Source of the DNA: an uncultured bacterium
Lineage (GTDB): Bacteria > Bacillota_I > Bacilli_A > RFN20 > CAG-826
DNA length: 64,000 nucleotides
Direction of reading: 5' to 3'
Assembly (NCBI GenBank): GCA_949299335.1
Contig: CASGAD010000030.1
Span: 11,875 to 75,874, forward strand
The notes beneath the pieces were generated by a model. The model searched no databases. It saw nothing but the letters and a program-made list of their open reading frames with translations, and had not been told where the DNA came from. Positions 1 to 7,829 of this stretch are shown in pieces. Position 1 is the first letter of the stretch. Each line of letters starts with the position of its first letter. The translations under genes and the position numbers were made by a program.

Positions 1-1226
1 TCATTAAAACTGGTGTTAATTACTTGTTCTTCTTCGTAGTCGATTATTTGACTAGTAGGAGAACTTTTCTTTTTAAATCCTTTGATAAAAGATTTTGCTT
101 TAGAATAAACACTAGGTTTAGTTTTAATAGGAGAAACATATTTAATTTCAGGCTCCTCTTTGACTTTAGTAAATATAGGCTTTAATAAGTCTTGAGTAGC
201 TTTATTTTTAGTCTTGAAAACTAGTTTAAAACGTTTAAAAAAGTCAAACATTCCATCGCCAAAATTAATTACATCATCATCAGAAAGTTCTTTGACTATA
301 TCAAATAAAGAATCAACGAATTCCTTTTTATCTTCTAAGGACATTTTATCCAAGTTTTCTTTTAATGTTCTATCGATTTTATTGGATAAAAAAGTGAATC
401 TACTTAAAGTGACAAATCCATAATCCTTAGTTAGCCAATTATAAATATTATGTTGATAAAGTAATGATTTTTTACTATCAACAATCACTGTTTTATAGTC
501 TTTATATAGTAATCTACCAATTATTGAAGAAGGTGGTACATATAAAGTGATTTTTTCTTTGATGCTAATAAAGCCTTTTTCTTTTAAAAATTCTTTTTTA
601 AATCCTGGCCCATCAAATGAATATATGGTTTTTATATGATTTTGGACATTTTTTCTAGCTTTAGAAGCAGCATAAATGGCTAAATTTCCACCTTTAGAGT
701 GTCCACCAACATAGATGGTTTTAAAATTAGAGAAACGTGTTATTTTCTTAAGATATTTAGCGGCTTCAAGTTGAGCAGGTATAGCCTCTAAATAAACCAT
801 ATTAAAGTCTTCTTTCCATCCAGTTAAAGTTCCATCGGTTCCTTTAAAAGCAACAAATAAGAAGTTATTGTTTCTTGATGTGTTAATAAAACTAACTGCA
901 CTAAATTGTTTGACTTCTTTAATATTCGTGTCGTAAATAAAACTTTTTAAGCATATATCTTTATATCTTAAAGAAGATCTTAAAATGTTTAGTAATTCTT
1001 TGTCTTCAGATAATCTATATCTTTGATACCTACTATTTTCCTCGCTAAATAAATCATTAATGACGTCAATTAAGCGTTTTTTTGAAAAATATTTTCTTTT
1101 ATTAACGACTTCACTAAAGTTAATATAGCTTAATCTAGATAGTATTAAGGCATCAAGTTCGTTAAATGGTTTTACGCTAAATGAAATATCTTTTTTACTT
1201 TGTAAATAACTAATAATGTTTTCCAT
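1..1226 (-). CDS. DUF2974/Mbeg1-like alpha/beta-hydrolase (lipase-like); its 3' end runs off the window
   Basis: Absent from the ORF track because no stop lies in the window. A minus-strand ATG at 1226..1224 opens an unbroken frame down to position 3 (MENIISYLQSKKDISF...). It contains the nucleophile-elbow motif YVGGHSKGGNLAIYAA typical of this family. Confidence 0.6.
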   Translation of the reverse strand, partial: MENIISYLQSKKDISFSVKPFNELDALILSRLSYINFSEVVNKRKYFSKKRLIDVINDLFSEENSRYQRYRLSEDKELLNILRSSLRYKDICLKSFIYDTNIKEVKQFSAVSFINTSRNNNFLFVAFKGTDGTLTGWKEDFNMVYLEAIPAQLEAAKYLKKITRFSNFKTIYVGGHSKGGNLAIYAASKARKNVQNHIKTIYSFDGPGFKKEFLKEKGFISIKEKITLYVPPSSIIGRLLYKDYKTVIVDSKKSLLYQHNIYNWLTKDYGFVTLSRFTFLSNKIDRTLKENLDKMSLEDKKEFVDSLFDIVKELSDDDVINFGDGMFDFFKRFKLVFKTKNKATQDLLKPIFTKVKEEPEIKYVSPIKTKPSVYSKAKSFIKGFKKKSSPTSQIIDYEEEQVINTSFN

Positions 1227-1322
1227 GTAGATATTTTACCTATAATTTAAGGAAAATTCATTAACTTAAAATGAATATATTAATGAAGAGGAAAGTGATA
1301 GAATTTAAAGCGAGGTGATAGC

Positions 1323-1862
1323 ATGGAATTAAAAGAAAAGAAGATTTCTTCAGAAGAAATTTATAAAGGCAAAATAATTGATGTATATAGAGATAAAGTG
1401 CTTTGTCCTAATGGAAAAGAAAGTTATAGAGAATATATCAAACATTGTAGAGCAAGTTGTATAATCGCTAAATTACCTAATGGAAAATTTTTAATGGAGA
1501 AGCAATATCGTTATCCTTACGATGAAGTGATTTATGAATTTCCTGCAGGAAAATGTGATAAAGACGAAGACCCAGTGATTACAGCAAGACGAGAACTTGA
1601 AGAAGAAACTGGTTACTTAGCTAAAAAAATTGAATATATTGGCGAAATTTATCCTTCATGTGCTTATACAGATGAAATTATATATATTTATTATGCAAGT
1701 GAATTAACTAAAACCCATCAACATTGGGATGATAATGAAAGAGTTGAAGTTTTTGAATTATCGATGGAGGAAATTTTAGAATTAGCTAGAAAAGGCGAAT
1801 TAAAAGACGCAAAATCTGTTTGCGCCTTAACATATTACTTTTCTAGAGGTTTAAATAATTAA
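1323..1862 (+). CDS. NUDIX hydrolase, ADP-ribose pyrophosphatase-like
   Basis: 179 aa. Nudix box GKCDKDEDPVITARRELEEETGY fits GX5EX7REUXEEXGU. The N-terminal IYKGKIIDV...PNGKE pattern resembles NudF-type enzymes. Confidence 0.75.
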   Translation: MELKEKKISSEEIYKGKIIDVYRDKVLCPNGKESYREYIKHCRASCIIAKLPNGKFLMEKQYRYPYDEVIYEFPAGKCDKDEDPVITARRELEEETGYLAKKIEYIGEIYPSCAYTDEIIYIYYASELTKTHQHWDDNERVEVFELSMEEILELARKGELKDAKSVCALTYYFSRGLNN

Positions 1863-2884
1863 TATCGATTAATTACTTTTTCTAAAAATCCAATATAGTT
1901 ATTAAATTCAAAAGTTTTATCTTTTACTTTAATTGTTCCATTAAACTTACCAAAAACTTGGTTTTGATTAGAAGCAATTATTAATAAATTTATAAAATCA
2001 TGTCTATTAAAGAGTGGCGTAAAAGTTAAGTCTATATCGCCACTTTTTGATTTAAGCTTAATTTCTTTTGAATAATCTATCTTATTTTTTGTTTGCTCAA
2101 AAATAAATTCTACATCATTAAGTTTATAAATTTCTTTGTTAAAGAATAAAACGTTTTCAGTACCTTTAGAATTATCACCTAAGCCATAACCTAAGTTAAA
2201 ACCTAATAAATCACCTTCAGGAGTTTTAACATTTAAATTTGACCAATACCAAGTCGATCTATAAGGCCATACGCCTCTTCCCCAATCGAGAACCCCATAG
2301 GAAGATTTAAAATTCATGGTCTTTTTTCCAAATTGAATATTTCCTTCTGCATGTAATAAATTTGATTTTTCATTATAGTAGAAGTCGCCTTTCTTTTTAA
2401 AAGGAATCGCTGTTACGATTGACTTATCAGTAGTTTTACTAACTTCTAAATTAATTAATAATCTGTGACCTTCAATAAAATTTTGAATATTTACATAGAA
2501 TGTAGCTTGTTCCCCAGTAGGATTAATACTAAAAATATATTTTTTATCTTTAATGTAAATCTTTTTATCATCATGACGAGGCAAGCGAAAATCTCTATGT
2601 TTAGGGAAAAGTTTTGTAAAGGTTTTAGTGATGTATTTATTTACTTTAAAATCAACATAAGTAACAGATAATAAAGCACTATAAGTTAAATTACTAATTG
2701 TGATTAAAACCCCGTTTTCATCGTTTAAAAAAGCGTAATAGTTCCATTCTTTTAATTTAATTCTTTTTTGTTTTTTAATAACATCTTTATTAAATTCTTT
2801 GACTAAATTAAAAGCGTAACCAGCTTCATTTAACTCTCCGTTTTCATTTAATAATTTGCCTTCTTTTAATAAAACTTCTTCCAT
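1859..2884 (-). CDS. Hypothetical protein, DUF2804-like
   Basis: 341 aa, soluble. The KEWNYY and WGRGVWPYRSTWYWS motifs recalled from DUF2804 proteins. Last gene of the minus-strand glf operon, 7 nt after the upstream gene. Confidence 0.4.
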   Translation of the reverse strand: MEEVLLKEGKLLNENGELNEAGYAFNLVKEFNKDVIKKQKRIKLKEWNYYAFLNDENGVLITISNLTYSALLSVTYVDFKVNKYITKTFTKLFPKHRDFRLPRHDDKKIYIKDKKYIFSINPTGEQATFYVNIQNFIEGHRLLINLEVSKTTDKSIVTAIPFKKKGDFYYNEKSNLLHAEGNIQFGKKTMNFKSSYGVLDWGRGVWPYRSTWYWSNLNVKTPEGDLLGFNLGYGLGDNSKGTENVLFFNKEIYKLNDVEFIFEQTKNKIDYSKEIKLKSKSGDIDLTFTPLFNRHDFINLLIIASNQNQVFGKFNGTIKVKDKTFEFNNYIGFLEKVINRY

Positions 2885-2891
2885 AAAAACC

Positions 2892-4592
2892 TCATTCCTT
2901 TAATAATGATAACATTATATCTTCATACATAATAACGTTTACAAATTTTTTACTTGGATAAAGTAAATGTGCCTCCTTATAAGCTTTTGAAGCTAATTCA
3001 GGAATATCTTTTTTATCTAATTTAGTAAGGTAATCTTGAAATTCAAAAGTAGAAATTATTCCTTCTAAATAAGTTATAAGACTTTTTGCATCATCATGAA
3101 CATCGTTAGTGTTAGATATATTTAAATATCTAGCAATTTTAGCCATATCTTTATAAAGCGTGAATAAATAAACTCTTAAAAATCTAGGCATTAAAATGGC
3201 ATTTAAGTAGCCATGATCTAAATTATACTTGCCACCAATTGCATGACTTAAAGCATGAACTGGTCCAACAAAAGCTCTATTAAAGGCTTTTCCAGCGATA
3301 AAGGAAGCGTTTAATAAGTTTCTTTTATAAATTAAGTTATCTGGGTCATCTTTACTAGCGATGAGATTTTCATATATTAATTTCATTGCGAATAAACTTT
3401 CTTTTTTAGTTTTTCTTGTTCGAGTAATATTTAAATAACTTTCAAGTGCGTGAGAAAAAGCATCCATTGCAGTAGAAGCAACATAATAAGTAGGTAACGA
3501 TTCTAATAACTTTTCGTCTAATAAAGCATATTTTGGAGTAATTTTATTAGAAATAATTTCAAATTTAACTTTACTAGATTCATCCGTTAAGACACTAACA
3601 AAAGTAGTTTCACTTCCAGTCCCACATGTAGTAGGAATGGCAATTAATAAAGGAACTTTATGTCTTATTTTGAATAGACCTTTAAACTTAGTAATATCTT
3701 TTTTGGAGTAAGCGATTGCTGCAATCCCTTTACTAGCATCTAATATCGAACCTCCTCCAATTGCAATAATGGCTTTACAATTATCATTAAGGAATTTTTC
3801 TTTGCCACTTTTTACATCTTCTAAATGAGGATTATTATGAACACCATAAAATCTAGAGAAGTAGATGCTTTTATTTTCTAATTCTTTAATTAAGTTATCA
3901 TCTAAGTTTTTGTTATAAATTGTGTTACTTTCTACTAGTAAAACTTTTGAAATATTTTTCTTAACTAATATGTTAGATACATCTTCATAAGATGATAAAA
4001 CTTTAGGTTTAAAAAAATGCAAGAATTTTAAGAAAAACGCTAAAAAATATTGATATAATCGAATAAAAAACAACATGAAGTTATTATTAGGATAGATATT
4101 TTTGTCCGATAAACTAAGCAAAATCTCAAGTGCGTTTTTGAGAGTTTTTGCATTAGAAAGAAAATTAATAGTTATTTTTTTGCCGTTTCTTTTATAAAGC
4201 TTTAATACGCCATATCTCATAACAAAACCTAAAAAAGAAGCTTCATTTGAGTTAACAAAATACAAGTCTTTAAAATTAATTATTTCACATTTTTTAAAGC
4301 ATCTATTAACCTTAATTTCTTGTTTTTTAAAATCAATTTCTAAAAGTTTGCTAGGTTTAATAAAGAAAATAACAATTAATACTAAAGAGCCTAGAGCAAC
4401 TAACGAAAAAATAATTCCAATTACTAAATTAAAATAAGAGAAGTTAGTAGTTTCGCCTATGAAATTAGTTAAAATGTCAAATGCACCTAAAGATCCAAAT
4501 AAAGCAAAAGCAAGCAAAAAATATACTAAATATAAGTAGTCTTTTTTACTTGCTTTATTAATGATGTTTAAAATATTTTCTTGTTTATTCAT
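2892..4592 (-). CDS. Membrane-anchored iron-containing alcohol dehydrogenase family protein (2 TM plus a PH-like module fused to Fe-ADH)
   Basis: 566 aa. The N-terminus has hydrophobic helices (YLYLVYFLLAFALFGSLGAF, LVIGIIFSLVALGSLVLIVIFF) followed by a roughly 100-aa basic module. The C-terminus carries Fe-ADH motifs GGGSILDASKGIA, PTTCGTGSETT, HALESY and HALSHAIGGKYNLDHG. Confidence 0.7.
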   Translation of the reverse strand: MNKQENILNIINKASKKDYLYLVYFLLAFALFGSLGAFDILTNFIGETTNFSYFNLVIGIIFSLVALGSLVLIVIFFIKPSKLLEIDFKKQEIKVNRCFKKCEIINFKDLYFVNSNEASFLGFVMRYGVLKLYKRNGKKITINFLSNAKTLKNALEILLSLSDKNIYPNNNFMLFFIRLYQYFLAFFLKFLHFFKPKVLSSYEDVSNILVKKNISKVLLVESNTIYNKNLDDNLIKELENKSIYFSRFYGVHNNPHLEDVKSGKEKFLNDNCKAIIAIGGGSILDASKGIAAIAYSKKDITKFKGLFKIRHKVPLLIAIPTTCGTGSETTFVSVLTDESSKVKFEIISNKITPKYALLDEKLLESLPTYYVASTAMDAFSHALESYLNITRTRKTKKESLFAMKLIYENLIASKDDPDNLIYKRNLLNASFIAGKAFNRAFVGPVHALSHAIGGKYNLDHGYLNAILMPRFLRVYLFTLYKDMAKIARYLNISNTNDVHDDAKSLITYLEGIISTFEFQDYLTKLDKKDIPELASKAYKEAHLLYPSKKFVNVIMYEDIMLSLLKE

Positions 4593-5694
4593 CTTTTAAT
4601 TCTTTATGTGCGTCATCTAAAGCAGCTCTAATGGTATCATCCATATCAAAGTATTTATAGTTAGCTAATCTTCCACCAAAAATAACATTATTTAATTTGT
4701 CTGCTTCGTCTTTATAACGTAAGTAAAGAGCGTTATTCTTATCATCGTTAATTGGATAATATCTTTCTTTTCCTAATTCATAGTTATCTGGGTATTCTTT
4801 TGTAATCCGAGTAACTGGAGATTTATCATTTTCGAAATATTTATGTTCAATAATTCTTGTATAAGGGATCTCGTATTCAGTGTAATTTATAACACAATTA
4901 GGCTGATAAAATTCTTTATCATGCTTTTCAATTTCAAAACGTAATGAACGATAATCTAATGGTCCAAATTTGTAATCAAAATACTCATCAATTGGTCCTG
5001 TATAAATCGTTTTAGTTGCGATGCCATCGTATTTATCTCTATTTTTTAAATAATCTGTGTTTAAAATTATATCAGCGCCTTCTAATAATTTTTCAATAAG
5101 TAAAGTATACCCTCCAATTGGAATACCTTGGTATTTATCATTGAAATAGTTGTTATTATATTCAAATCTTAAAGGCAATCTTTTAATAATAAATGAAGGG
5201 AGCTCAGTTGCTTTTCTTCCCCATTGCTTCTCGGTGTAGCCTTTGACTAATGTTTCGTAAATATCTCTACCAACTAGCGATAAAGCTTGCTCCTCAAGAT
5301 TTTTAGGAGTGGTGATATTTTCCTTTTTAACTTGTTCCTCAATAATTTTTTTAGCTTCTTCAGGAGTGGTAATTCCCCACATTTCATGGAAAGTATTCAT
5401 GTTAAAAGGCATATGATAATATTTGCCTTTATAATTTGCGATTGGGCTATTGATAAAATCATTAAATTTGACTAAATCATTAACAAAGTTCCAAACTTCC
5501 TCGTCACTAGTATGGAATATATGAGCTCCATAAATATGGACATTAACATTATCCATTCTCTTTGTATAAATATTTCCACCAATATGGTCACGTTTTTCAA
5601 GCACTAAGACTTTCTTTCCTTTTTTAATAAGTTCATGAGCAAAAGTGGCACCATATAAACCACTGCCAACAATTAAATAATCATATTTCTTCAT
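4585..5694 (-). CDS. glf: UDP-galactopyranose mutase
   Basis: 369 aa. N-terminal FAD fold MKKYDYLIVGSGLYGATFAHEL, then GGNIYT...IYGAHIFHT and a C-terminal GRLANYKYFDMDDTI, all characteristic of Glf. Overlaps the downstream gene by 8 nt. Confidence 0.9.
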   Translation of the reverse strand: MKKYDYLIVGSGLYGATFAHELIKKGKKVLVLEKRDHIGGNIYTKRMDNVNVHIYGAHIFHTSDEEVWNFVNDLVKFNDFINSPIANYKGKYYHMPFNMNTFHEMWGITTPEEAKKIIEEQVKKENITTPKNLEEQALSLVGRDIYETLVKGYTEKQWGRKATELPSFIIKRLPLRFEYNNNYFNDKYQGIPIGGYTLLIEKLLEGADIILNTDYLKNRDKYDGIATKTIYTGPIDEYFDYKFGPLDYRSLRFEIEKHDKEFYQPNCVINYTEYEIPYTRIIEHKYFENDKSPVTRITKEYPDNYELGKERYYPINDDKNNALYLRYKDEADKLNNVIFGGRLANYKYFDMDDTIRAALDDAHKELKDE

Positions 5695-5891
5695 ATATCT
5701 AATTATAAAGTTAATTTAACGCTACTTCTAGAAATAAATATAGTTTTATAAAGTCAGAAAATTGAAAAACATCGATATATTTTCATGAAAATGTCTATAA
5801 ATTTAAATATTTTTAATTGAAAACTATTGATTTTAAAAATAATGTTAAATTAAGTTTCTATTAAGAAAATCAAAAGTGATATAATTCAGTC

Positions 5892-6581
5892 ATGGATAAG
5901 AAGAGTAAGAATATCTTAGTTGTTGAAGACGATAAACTAACTAGAGCTCAAATTAAAAACGGAATCAAAGATAAAGGTTATAAAGTTAGTGCTGTTTCAA
6001 CTGCTCGTGAAGCAATTGATTTTTGCATTAAGACAGTTTGTGACATGGTTATACTTGATTTAGGATTACCTGACAACGATGGAATTTATGTAATTCAAAC
6101 TTTAAGATCTTTTACTAACACCTTACCAATCATTGTTGTAAGTGGAAGAACTAATGTTGAATCTAAAGTACTTGCTCTTGATGCCGGTGCAAATGACTAT
6201 ATTACTAAGCCATTTGCTATGGATGAACTTTACGCTAGAATTAGAAAAGAATTTAGATATGTGTTAACTGAAGAAAAGCATCTATTTATAAATGGCAATT
6301 TAACGATTGATTATGATGCAAAAACTGTATTTGTTAATGGCGTAGAAGTACACTTTACTAACTTTGAATATAAAATTATTGTTCTACTCGCTTATAACTT
6401 AGGTAAAACTTTAACATATGATTATATTATTTCCCATGTCTGGGGAAGTGGTGGACAAGATCAAAACGCATTGCGTGTTTTCATGGCAGGAATTAGAAAA
6501 AAGATTAGTAGAGATGGCAAATCCTCAAAATTGATTAGAACTGATATTGGTACTGGTTATAGAATGAATAAAATTAACTAG
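5892..6581 (+). CDS. OmpR/PhoB-family response regulator, KdpE-like (orphan)
   Basis: 229 aa. Receiver domain with DD at 13-14 and the phospho-acceptor context MVILDLGLPD, K in ITKPF, and a C-terminal winged helix (LRVFMAGIRKKI...IGTGYRM). No kinase gene is adjacent. Confidence 0.8.
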   Translation: MDKKSKNILVVEDDKLTRAQIKNGIKDKGYKVSAVSTAREAIDFCIKTVCDMVILDLGLPDNDGIYVIQTLRSFTNTLPIIVVSGRTNVESKVLALDAGANDYITKPFAMDELYARIRKEFRYVLTEEKHLFINGNLTIDYDAKTVFVNGVEVHFTNFEYKIIVLLAYNLGKTLTYDYIISHVWGSGGQDQNALRVFMAGIRKKISRDGKSSKLIRTDIGTGYRMNKIN

Positions 6582-6588
6582 TTTTGTT

Positions 6589-7023
6589 ATGAAAAACTTT
6601 TTCGGTAGAATTATTATCTTAATTTGTTCGATAATACATTGTATTATCTTTTTTATATTGCTCGGAGCTTTATTATTCTTTTTAATTCAAGATACAAATA
6701 GTATTAATAACTTCTTTGGTGGTAATTTAACTAATTTAGAATATATAGGATTATTATTAGGATTTATCGATTTAGTTGTTTTTATTATCGTTACAGTAAT
6801 TTGTTTAGTAGATATTATTAATGCTAGAAGTATGAAGCACGCCTTTATTTGGTCGATTTTGCTATTATGTATTAATTTAACTACATTCTTATTTAATTTA
6901 TTAATACCTCATATAGATACTGTATTTTATGGAATATTTATTAGCTGTTCAGGTACAGTACTTGGTACCTCTTTATTTTTAGTACTTGGTTCAGGATTTA
7001 ATTATTATAAAGATTGTCGATAA
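6589..7023 (+). CDS. Small polytopic membrane protein, unknown function
   Basis: 144 aa with about four hydrophobic helices. Starts 8 nt after the response regulator stop. Confidence 0.5.
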   Translation: MKNFFGRIIILICSIIHCIIFFILLGALLFFLIQDTNSINNFFGGNLTNLEYIGLLLGFIDLVVFIIVTVICLVDIINARSMKHAFIWSILLLCINLTTFLFNLLIPHIDTVFYGIFISCSGTVLGTSLFLVLGSGFNYYKDCR

Positions 7024-7064
7024 ATCATCGTTTGTAATGATAATCAAAATAGCATTTGATAAAA

Positions 7065-7078
7065 TGTAAACGCTTTCA
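7065..7078. promoter_or_regulatory. Candidate catabolite-responsive element (cre) upstream of rex-adhE
   Basis: TGTAAACGCTTTCA fits the CcpA consensus TGWAANCGNTNWCA at every constrained position. It overlaps the left arm of the terminator hairpin. Confidence 0.4.
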
Positions 7079-7098
7079 TAGGCGTTTATTTCATTTTG
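7067..7098 (+). terminator. Rho-independent terminator after the 144-aa membrane protein gene
   Basis: Stem TAAACGC/GCGTTTA (7067-7073 with 7082-7088), an 8-nt loop, then the T-rich tract TTTCATTTT. Confidence 0.5.
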
Positions 7099-7105
7099 GT
7101 ATTTT

Positions 7106-7134
7106 TTGACTTTATTTCAGTAAAAAAATACTAT
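7106..7134 (+). promoter_or_regulatory. Putative sigma-A promoter of rex-adhE
   Basis: TTGACT (7106-7111), a 17-nt spacer, then TACTAT (7129-7134). Lies about 40 nt upstream of the rex start, which has the RBS GGAGGG. Confidence 0.5.
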
Positions 7135-7175
7135 ATTATTTTAATCGGTAATTAAATACCGAGTTTGGAGGGTCG

Positions 7176-7829
7176 ATGGAAAACAAACATTTGTCTAAAA
7201 ACCAATTGCGTAGATTACCTGGTTACTTGCACCTATTAAAAAATTTAAGTGCTTCTGGTATGAAATATATCAGTTGTCAAACTATTGCTAGTTGCTTAGA
7301 TTTAAATAAAGAACAAGTAAGAAAGGATATCGCTTTAATTAGTTCTATTGATGGTATTCCTAATAAAGGAAGAGACATTAATTTATTAATTAAAGATATT
7401 GAAACTATTCTAGGATATGATGATACGCATAATGCCTTTATCGTGGGTGTTGGTAGTTTAGGAACTGCATTCCTTCACTATAGAGGATTTGAAAACTATG
7501 GACTTAAAATTGTTTGTGCTTTTGACAAAAACCCTGCAATAATCAATTCAAAAATCAATGATAAGCCAGTTTATGATATTGCTAATTTAAATAGTGATAT
7601 GATAAAAAACTTAAATGTGAAGATTGGTATTATCACGGTTCCTGCTGAATCAGCTCAAGAAGTTGCGGATGTAATGGCTAAATCTGGAGTTGAAGCAATA
7701 TGGAACTTTGCACCAATTAAACTCATATTGCCTAAGGACATTATCGTATCAAATATGGACTTAGCAACATCATTATCTGTTTTATCTCACCAACTCTATT
7801 TGAAAAAGCATAAAAAAGGAGAAGAATAA
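7176..7829 (+). CDS. rex: Redox-sensing transcriptional repressor Rex
   Basis: 217 aa. N-terminal winged helix (RLPGYLHLLKNL), Rossmann motif GVGSLGTAF and a C-terminal IWNFAP. Sits directly upstream of adhE, a classical Rex target. Confidence 0.9.
   Translation: MENKHLSKNQLRRLPGYLHLLKNLSASGMKYISCQTIASCLDLNKEQVRKDIALISSIDGIPNKGRDINLLIKDIETILGYDDTHNAFIVGVGSLGTAFLHYRGFENYGLKIVCAFDKNPAIINSKINDKPVYDIANLNSDMIKNLNVKIGIITVPAESAQEVADVMAKSGVEAIWNFAPIKLILPKDIIVSNMDLATSLSVLSHQLYLKKHKKGEE

Noticed and set aside
214-423. 69-aa plus-strand ORF from the track
   Set aside because: It lies entirely antisense inside the long minus-strand DUF2974-like hydrolase frame (1..1226), which has a clear catalytic motif. 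Its composition is low-complexity Ser/Lys. It is likely a shadow ORF.
7031-7050. Possible Rex operator TTTGTAATGATAATCAAAAT upstream of rex
   Set aside because: Only the outer TTTG/CAAA positions are symmetric and the inner half-sites do not match TGTGAA/TTCACA. It also lies upstream of the preceding gene's terminator rather than at the promoter.
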